Assembly: GCA_004524535.1 (NCBI GenBank)
Contig: SDNY01000054.1
Location: forward strand, 1 to 22,578
Reading direction: 5' to 3'
DNA from: Promethearchaeota archaeon
GTDB lineage: Archaea; Asgardarchaeota; Lokiarchaeia; Sigyniarchaeales; SOKP01
Length of the DNA stretch: 22,578 bases
The position numbers and the translations under genes are program-made. Below, piece by piece: positions 16,498 through 22,578 of the stretch (position 1 is the first letter of the stretch; every line of letters begins with the position of its first letter). The notes beneath the pieces are model-generated. The model was not told the origin of the DNA. It did not search any database and saw only the letters and a list, made by a program, of their open reading frames with translations.

Positions 16498-18342
16498 TTA
16501 CCCACTCGGGAAAAAAATATCTTGAATCCGTTTTGCCATTTTTTTGGCCCTAATATCAAAAAATTCAGTAAAATAGATTATTTTTTTCTTCTTGATCGAA
16601 GAATTGTGAAATTTCTTCATTTCTTCTTCATAATTCCTTGGAAAGTCCCAAGCTTCGAAATAGCCAGATGCGATCGAAGATTCAATACCTTCAACACTTG
16701 TCAGTATATCTTCTAGCCAACCCCAAGCTTGTCGATTCCTTGTTAGCTTTCCTTTCGATTTATTACCGTGATCTATCAAGATATAATTAAATATTGAATT
16801 TGAATTAGGACGTGAACTTTCATAATTCTTCTTTAATAAATCCGAGGGAAAAATTTTAAGCCAAAATACAGGGGGTTTCTTTTCTAATTTGTTTTTATCT
16901 TTCATAAAAAGCCAATTTTTCATTTTAAACACTGTTGAATTAAAAACAAACTGTGAACTCAAGGCTAATTGATATACAAATGAAATGTCAGATTTGCGAG
17001 ATCTTAGAGCTAACAACTTTTTAGGTAGGGTATCTGTCCAGAATTTTTCATTTAACTCATTATTTATCTTCTTTGCAAGTAAATTATAGTCTCGAGATTC
17101 TCCATTAATTAATCTCAGATCCAACATAACATCAACTTCTCTTTTTTTAAAGCGTTGTGAAAGGATGTTATAGATAAAATATTTTCCAAGAAATTGATGA
17201 AATTCCTTATCTTCGTTTTCTTCTTCGCAAAATAAATAAATGCAATAACTTGAATAAATAACACTTTTTGATCTAAAGTCATTAATAATAAATTTATTTC
17301 GAAATTCCTTATCATCGGGTTCAAGTGGAAGAAGGTCTATTATTGATTTGTTCAGTATTTTTAAGAATTTTGAAAAATTACTTTTATTTGTTATAATCTT
17401 AATTGCCTTACTTATTTTCTCAATGTTTATTTCTAAGGGATTTGTACGAGACATACTTATTTCTCGTTTATTATAATTTCCTGGATAGATGAGGTGAATC
17501 GCTAAATTTAATATATCATGGATTTTAAAATAATTATTATTTAACTTCTGCTTGGTTGATTCACTAAATTTTTCAATTAATTGACGACTCATGGGATTAA
17601 AATTAGATATTACTGAATATAACAAATCTAAAATTGAGTATTGAACCCCATAATTTTTAAAAACCAATAAATCAAAAGCCACATTAATATCTTCCCCATC
17701 ATAAGTAGCAATTTTCAACTTTTTATTTACTAATCCAAATATTCTTTCAATTCTATTAGTAACTTTTTTATCATCTTCACGATCTAGCCCAGCAAGAATA
17801 TCATTAATCTTTTTTGTAAATTCTTCTTTGTAAATAGCATTATCTCCAGTCTCGTTAAGGGTTTCCTTCAAATTTATCCAAGTAATATCTAAATCTTTGA
17901 TCTCCTCTTTAAATAGAAAAATATCTTTTATGATATTATAATATAAGTTAATATTATGAAATTTCTCATCAATAGCTATCTCACCAGTGGCAAAAACTGC
18001 TGAGAGCGCTGAACACCTCTGTAAACCATCTATTAGGAAATTTATCCATTCGGGTATTTGCTTTGAAGTATTAAATATTGTTCGATATTGTTCGATATTT
18101 GGATTTTTATTGTGGAGATACCACATTGTGATATCTCCAATCGGTATACCTTTAAAGAGAGATATTATTAAATCCTTGACTTTTTTTTTATTCCATACAA
18201 TTTTTCGTTGGATTCGAGGTACAATAGCCTTATTTTTTTTAACATCCCTGATTACACTAGAGATGGCCATCTCGCTTTCCCTTAATTCAACGTCATATAA
18301 TTCGTAATTTTCCTCAATATTCAAATTTTTTTGAATGGTCAT
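16498..18342 (-). CDS. DUF262 (GmrSD/ParB-like) domain protein with degenerate C-terminal HNH (DUF1524-like)
   Basis: VPRIQRKIVW, LI.SLFKGIPIG...W, IDGLQR, and a C-terminal KIFP..LL...NSIFNYILI...N. Confidence 0.82.
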   Translation of the reverse strand: MTIQKNLNIEENYELYDVELRESEMAISSVIRDVKKNKAIVPRIQRKIVWNKKKVKDLIISLFKGIPIGDITMWYLHNKNPNIEQYRTIFNTSKQIPEWINFLIDGLQRCSALSAVFATGEIAIDEKFHNINLYYNIIKDIFLFKEEIKDLDITWINLKETLNETGDNAIYKEEFTKKINDILAGLDREDDKKVTNRIERIFGLVNKKLKIATYDGEDINVAFDLLVFKNYGVQYSILDLLYSVISNFNPMSRQLIEKFSESTKQKLNNNYFKIHDILNLAIHLIYPGNYNKREISMSRTNPLEINIEKISKAIKIITNKSNFSKFLKILNKSIIDLLPLEPDDKEFRNKFIINDFRSKSVIYSSYCIYLFCEEENEDKEFHQFLGKYFIYNILSQRFKKREVDVMLDLRLINGESRDYNLLAKKINNELNEKFWTDTLPKKLLALRSRKSDISFVYQLALSSQFVFNSTVFKMKNWLFMKDKNKLEKKPPVFWLKIFPSDLLKKNYESSRPNSNSIFNYILIDHGNKSKGKLTRNRQAWGWLEDILTSVEGIESSIASGYFEAWDFPRNYEEEMKKFHNSSIKKKKIIYFTEFFDIRAKKMAKRIQDIFFPSG

Positions 18343-18363
18343 TAGTATATGAAATCATTCAAG

Positions 18364-18378
18364 TTTATAAATTTTTTT
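18364..18378 (-). promoter_or_regulatory. Putative BRE/TATA promoter for a leaderless DUF262 operon transcript
   Basis: TTTATAAA (18364-18371) is centred about 26 nt upstream of ATG 18342 and is preceded on the minus strand by an A-run. The AT-rich background limits certainty. Confidence 0.4.
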
Positions 18379-18484
18379 ATGAGTCTATTTAAATGAAAAA
18401 ATAAAAAAAAGATTTTTAAATTTCAAACGAAAATGATCAAATTTAATACAAGTTGAATTTGCTTGTAATTATGTTTGTAAACTT

Positions 18485-18520
18485 AAAAAAAAAAAAAAAT
18501 CCTTGCGAACTAAAGTTCGC
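18485..18520 (-). terminator. Hairpin plus long T-tract terminator
   Basis: On the minus strand, GCGAAC-ttta-GTTCGC lies 2 nt after the stop at 18523, followed by AAGGA and a 15-T tract. Confidence 0.65.
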
Positions 18521-18522
18521 TT

Positions 18523-18765
18523 CTAATCACTAAAATTTTTTCTTTGTAAAACACTATCTAACTGCTCTGCAAGCTTTATTGAATGTTCTCCAAGCAATCC
18601 AATGTTCTGGACTTCATTCACGCGTTTTAATGAATTTCGAGCACGGCGAATGAGTTTTCGATCAGATATAGCGAAATCATATTTACTGCAAGAGCTAGTT
18701 TGCTTAAATAGTCTCCTACCATGGTCTGGCTCGAAAACCACGTTATCTCTCAATATTGCATACAT
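18523..18765 (-). CDS. Small basic hypothetical protein (80 aa)
   Basis: ATG 18765 is preceded by a GTGA RBS-like motif. The ORF overlaps the end of the upstream ORF and is followed by a terminator. Confidence 0.5.
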   Translation of the reverse strand: MYAILRDNVVFEPDHGRRLFKQTSSCSKYDFAISDRKLIRRARNSLKRVNEVQNIGLLGEHSIKLAEQLDSVLQRKNFSD

Positions 18766-19042
18766 AATCTTCACGATATTTTATTTGCTTAAACATTTCA
18801 GATTGATTTTGAGCATATATTGCTAATATTCTATCTTCTTCATAGACATCAATATTTTTGATAGATTGCTTTTCATATAAGGGAATCTTCCTTTCTCTAT
18901 AAAAAAACCAATTTAGAGCATCCTTATAGTTTTTTTGTTTAATATTTTTTGGTATAATCTCTTGCATAATTTCTTGATAAATCTTAGTATGATATCTGAA
19001 TTCTTGGTTAGTTTTTACTTCGAGTTCATAGTTAAAGCGCAA
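18743..19042 (-). CDS. Small hypothetical protein (99 aa)
   Basis: TTG start preceded by AAGTGA, as seen for the SDR and AOR genes. Confidence 0.5.
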   Translation of the reverse strand: MRFNYELEVKTNQEFRYHTKIYQEIMQEIIPKNIKQKNYKDALNWFFYRERKIPLYEKQSIKNIDVYEEDRILAIYAQNQSEMFKQIKYREDYVCNIER

Positions 19043-19292
19043 AGATCTTCACTTCTTTTTTATCTATTCTTTTATATCAATTATATCTTAAAGCTTTTTA
19101 AAAGAAAAAATATAGAGATTATATTATTCTTAAAGACCATTTAAAATAAACGGTTTTAAATATTTTTTATTTCTTTTTTTATTTTATTTAATATTTTTTT
19201 ATTATAAAGAATAGATCTTAACTCTTAATACCCCTATAAAATAATATCAATTTTTTATAGATTTTAGATAATTTTATTCTTTATCTTTTTAA

Positions 19293-19318
19293 TTGAATTC
19301 TTAAAAATAAGAATTCAA
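19293..19318. repeat. Perfect 11-bp inverted repeat with 4-nt spacer
   Basis: TTGAATTCTTA-aaaa-TAAGAATTCAA in the divergent intergenic region. Confidence 0.8.
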
Positions 19319-19411
19319 AAAATTATTGATTTTTTGATAAATATTTATAAATACTAAAATATAATTAGTTTTAAAAAAAAAAAATTAAATTTTTAATTAA
19401 ACTTTCTCTAA

Positions 19412-21637
19412 ATGGCGAATAATAATATATTTGACTCTGATGGGGAGGAAACGGTGTGCTACGATATTGGTCCTAGTGGTAGACCACGTAAAATTCATTG
19501 TGGAGGTCCATTTATTAAGGTAAATGCAAAAATTCCTCAATTAGATAAGATTTTAAGAATGTCGGAAACAGATGCAGAAAACGAGGAGTTAATAAAGGAT
19601 GATGCAGAAAAATATCAAAACAAGGAAGAAGTTGAAGAACATATAAAAATTCCATCGAGCCTTATGGTGAATAGCGAAATGGACTCACTTATTGTTAATT
19701 TTCCTAATTTTCGAGCGAGTGTAATGACCGAAATTAAGAAAATTACAAATTTAATTGAATGTACTGATAACCAAAAAAAATTAATTTTAATGAAATCTGA
19801 GGAAATACTAGATAGACATATCTTGGGAGCAAAAAAGGGTGAAGTTACTATACGTAAAAATATAAACCTAAAAGCAATAGCTTCTGCCATTATTTATACG
19901 GTTATTATTTCAAATGAAGATATGCCAGAAATTGGTTCAACCCAGATAAGTAATATAGCTGGGATTAGTAATGACCTCTCTAGAACTTATAACAGATACT
20001 TTAGACATTTATATCCACGGATAAAAGAGGGATTTCATGAGCCTTCTGGATTTGTAAGAATTAGAAATATAATTTCTCAATATATTTTTGATTTAATAAA
20101 GGATAAAGAGATTGATTCATTGAAAATCGCTATATTTATAATAGATAATATTTTAAAGAGTGAAAATCTTCCAAATCAATTAAAGCAAGAAGACCTAAAT
20201 ATGCTTCATGAATTAATAACTCTTGATCGAGAGAATCTCTTAAAATATTTAACTGATTTAGTTGAAGTAATAAGACAGTTAATAATATCAAGTAAAGTCT
20301 ATAAAAAGATTGAAGCTTATATGGAAATAAAGGGCATAGCTGATTTCTTATGGGAAAAAGGCATAAATTTTTTTAAGTCTCAAAAAGGTTTTTATCGGAT
20401 TGTTTTACAGATATTTGACTTTTTAAAAGAACAATATCCAGACACCTTTCCTAGTAAAATGTATTCGAAAGATTTTCCCACTCAGGATTATAAGAAAATT
20501 GTAAGCGGAAAATTAAAAATATATATGGTAAAAAATATTTACAACGGAATATATTTTAAAAACGGAAACGGTAAATGCCCCGACTGCATAAGAGAAGGAT
20601 TTATCATTAACACAGATATTTCACGATTAGAAGCTATAGAACTTCATCATTTTTCTGATGTTAAAGAATTAGATTTTTCAGCAAAAAAGATTTATGATAT
20701 TTTTACTAAAAATCAATCTGATCCGCATGTTTTAGAAAAGATAATTGCCTTAATGGAATCAGAAAATGTGAGACTTATATGCAGAAACCATCATCAATTA
20801 TTGCATGCCAAGAATTATAACACTTTTCAATATTTTATCAATTGGGAAAAATTATTATCATTTCCTGCTGAAATTATTTTTATATTAGCAAAAACATGTG
20901 TAAATAATTATCGTGAAACTAAGGCTTTATCTAAAAAACATAAAGAACAAATTGTATTGCGTCTCATTGGAGAGATTAAAAAAAAATACATTATAGAGTT
21001 AATTTATGGTCCATATTGTCATACTTGTGGAGAAATAAATACTATAAAGTTTTTACCCTCTTTCGCCTTTGCCCATCTAAATAGTGAAATGAAAACAATA
21101 AATGCTTCTCGCTTATATGATAAGGGTCTTACATGTATAGAGATTTTACGGATTTTAAAGAAAGAGAGGGGAGCCTATATTTGTGCCAATTGTCATACTG
21201 TTTTTGACTATAAAGACTTTAATCTTTTTAAGATTATTTATGATAATAATGTTGATTATAAAACAGCTCTTAATGATTATAAAAGAGTACAAGAAAAATT
21301 TACAATTATACAAAATATCGTAAATGCTAAAAATCCTCTGGATAAATCTATAAATATTTCAGAAGTTTTTGAATGGTATATTATAGCTATTTATAAAATG
21401 TTGGAAGCTAATTATGATGTAACTCCAAAAACATTAGGCGATTATATGAATATTCACCCAAATACAGTGCATGAATTTTTTAAAGATAAGGAAATTAGAA
21501 CTCGTGACTTCTTAGAGCAATATGTTCAAATAATTGATGGAATCCCCCCACACCCTACCCATTATTATTTAACAGATAAAGGATATGAATTAGTTAAATT
21601 AATTATTCATTTCAGAGATTATTATAGTATCCTTTAG
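19412..21637 (+). CDS. Multidomain protein: TFB-like cyclin repeat, two Zn-binding HNH-like domains, C-terminal DtxR/MarR-like wHTH
   Basis: KAIASAIIY...TQISNIAGIS; CPDC...LHH...ICRNHH..LH; CHTC...FAH...ICANCH; YIIAIYKM...TPKTLGDYMNIHPNTV...YYLTDKG. Confidence 0.65.
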   Translation: MANNNIFDSDGEETVCYDIGPSGRPRKIHCGGPFIKVNAKIPQLDKILRMSETDAENEELIKDDAEKYQNKEEVEEHIKIPSSLMVNSEMDSLIVNFPNFRASVMTEIKKITNLIECTDNQKKLILMKSEEILDRHILGAKKGEVTIRKNINLKAIASAIIYTVIISNEDMPEIGSTQISNIAGISNDLSRTYNRYFRHLYPRIKEGFHEPSGFVRIRNIISQYIFDLIKDKEIDSLKIAIFIIDNILKSENLPNQLKQEDLNMLHELITLDRENLLKYLTDLVEVIRQLIISSKVYKKIEAYMEIKGIADFLWEKGINFFKSQKGFYRIVLQIFDFLKEQYPDTFPSKMYSKDFPTQDYKKIVSGKLKIYMVKNIYNGIYFKNGNGKCPDCIREGFIINTDISRLEAIELHHFSDVKELDFSAKKIYDIFTKNQSDPHVLEKIIALMESENVRLICRNHHQLLHAKNYNTFQYFINWEKLLSFPAEIIFILAKTCVNNYRETKALSKKHKEQIVLRLIGEIKKKYIIELIYGPYCHTCGEINTIKFLPSFAFAHLNSEMKTINASRLYDKGLTCIEILRILKKERGAYICANCHTVFDYKDFNLFKIIYDNNVDYKTALNDYKRVQEKFTIIQNIVNAKNPLDKSINISEVFEWYIIAIYKMLEANYDVTPKTLGDYMNIHPNTVHEFFKDKEIRTRDFLEQYVQIIDGIPPHPTHYYLTDKGYELVKLIIHFRDYYSIL

Positions 21638-21772
21638 ACGGAATTTAACTTATTTGCTAAATGTTATTTCGATAATTAATAATCAGTTTAGGGTTTAGCG
21701 AATTAACAAGAAATTTAAAAAAAAGTGATTCTCTATATTTAATTAATTATTATAAATTATAAAAAAAGCATT

Positions 21773-21778
21773 AAGTGA
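21773..21778 (+). promoter_or_regulatory. Archaeal-type RBS (AAGTGA) for the AOR gene
   Basis: Lies 6 nt upstream of TTG 21785. The same motif precedes the SDR gene and ORF 19042. Confidence 0.5.
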
Positions 21779-21784
21779 TTAAAT

Positions 21785-22578
21785 TTGTCAAAAATTAAAG
21801 AAGTAGTAATACCAGACGATATACACGGTTATTCTCAGGTTAGATTAGATGTTGACTTAACGAGTGGAGAAATTAAAGAATCAACTCTATCCAATGAATT
21901 CTGTCGAGACTGGATTGGCGGCTACGGATTTTAGATTGTATTTAACAGTCTAACTGGAATTGCTGCTAAGGTTTTATGGGACGAATTAAAACCTGGTGTT
22001 GACCCATTAAGTCCGGACAATGTGTTAATCTATGCACAGGGTCCTTTTCCTACAACGATCTTACCAACAAGCTCTAAATATGGGTTATTTGCAAAATCTC
22101 CATTAACTGGAATGTTTGGGATGTCCATATCCTCAGGAAGTGTTGGTGCTATGGCTCGACGCGCCGGAATTAATATGGTTGTTTTTAAGGGTAAGGCTCC
22201 TGAACCCGTTTATCTTGTGGTTGATGATGATGACCGATATTTAGTACCTTGTAAAGATACATTATCGGGGAAAGGTTGCTGGGAAACAGAAGAAATAATA
22301 AGGGAGGAATTTCAAGATCAAAGACTTGCTGTATTAAGTATTGGTCCAGCAGGTGAGAGAATGTCCAAAATGGCTTGCATTACAAACGATAGAAATCGTC
22401 AAGCTGGAAGAACTGGAATGGGAGCTGTGATGGGTTCTAAAAACCTTAAAGCTATAGCTTTTAGAGGTACAAAAGGAACCAAAGTTGCACATCCAGTAGA
22501 ATTTTACAAAATTGCTAAGAAACTAATTAAAGTCGCTAATGGTCCTGCGACAGCAAAATACCGTGATCAAGGTACGCC
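21785..22578 (+). CDS. aor: Aldehyde:ferredoxin oxidoreductase (tungstopterin AOR family), N-terminal part, interrupted by a 30-nt insertion; runs off the window
   Basis: Manual translation: MSKIKEVVIPDDIHGYSQVRLDVDLTSGEIKE...WIGGYGF*IVFNSLTGI AAKVLWDELKPGVDPLSPDN...AKSPLTG...IGPAGE...AGRTGMGAVMGSKNLKAIA. The TAG at 21932-21934 is the only stop in the frame. Confidence 0.9.
21930..21959 (+). other. Candidate 30-nt bulge-helix-bulge/loop (tRNA-endonuclease-type) intron in the aor mRNA
   Basis: In-frame stop, 9-bp internal hairpin, 8-bp exon-exon stem and two offset 3-nt bulges. Excision gives GGA TTT GCT GCT AAG (GFAAK). Confidence 0.65.

Larger units (their letters stand above)
12748..21637. 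mobile_element. Putative integrative/defence-like accessory island (ends not defined)
   Basis: A tyrosine recombinase, a DUF262 gene, an HNH gene and hypothetical genes sit between metabolic genes. The region looks more AT-rich by eye. No att repeats or tRNA were found. Confidence 0.5.

Noticed and set aside
16491-16559. Longer integrase start given by the ORF track (16559)
   Set aside because: It overlaps the DUF262 gene by 62 nt. ATG 16490, just after the upstream stop, is more plausible.
191-19890. Short antisense or alternate-frame ORFs in the track (e.g. 191-400, 1377-1610, 7626-7925, 10374-10736, 13873-14217, 17987-18307, 19615-19890)
   Set aside because: They lie within or largely overlap longer, better-supported ORFs and show no motifs of their own; they are shadow ORFs.
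12658-21784. attL/attR direct repeats or a tRNA target bounding the island
   Set aside because: No convincing shared repeat or tRNA-like sequence was found by eye at 12658-12747, 19043-19411 or 21638-21784.
21932-21934. Pyrrolysine or stop-readthrough explanation of the aor TAG
   Set aside because: Readthrough would leave 10 extra residues inside a conserved motif, and no pyl genes are in the window. It is not excluded, but fits less well than excision.
21951-22113. TAACTGGAAT shared by the insertion (21951) and downstream aor sequence (22104)
   Set aside because: It is a 10-nt match built from common Thr-Gly-Ile/Met codons, with a similar 9-mer at 22411. It is too short to infer a duplication origin.

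Overview
AT-rich archaeal DNA, most likely from an Asgard archaeon (Lokiarchaeia-like). This is inferred from an unprenylated Rab-like GTPase, a NosD-type surface protein, a free-standing SCP2 protein and GTGA-type ribosome-binding sites. The left part (1-12.7 kb) is metabolic: SCP2, three cobalamin/4Fe-4S QueG/RdhA-superfamily paralogues with a Cys-rich ferredoxin-like protein, a sulfatase, a beta-propeller glycosidase-like protein, an SDR, a HisC-like aminotransferase, the GTPase and a beta-helix surface protein. Next is an accessory island (about 12.7-21.6 kb). It carries a DUF262/GmrSD-like gene with a degenerate HNH, an intact tyrosine recombinase, and three proteins with TFB/TFIIB-like cyclin-fold segments fused to apparent RAMA, Zn-finger/winged-helix or tandem HNH modules. 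The window ends in an aldehyde:ferredoxin oxidoreductase gene that the ORF track missed. It is interrupted by a 30-nt insertion with an in-frame TAG. The insertion folds into a relaxed bulge-helix-bulge motif, and its predicted excision restores the AOR-like motif GGYGFAAK, so it is a candidate archaeal mRNA intron. All domain calls come from motif recognition by eye; no database search was run.
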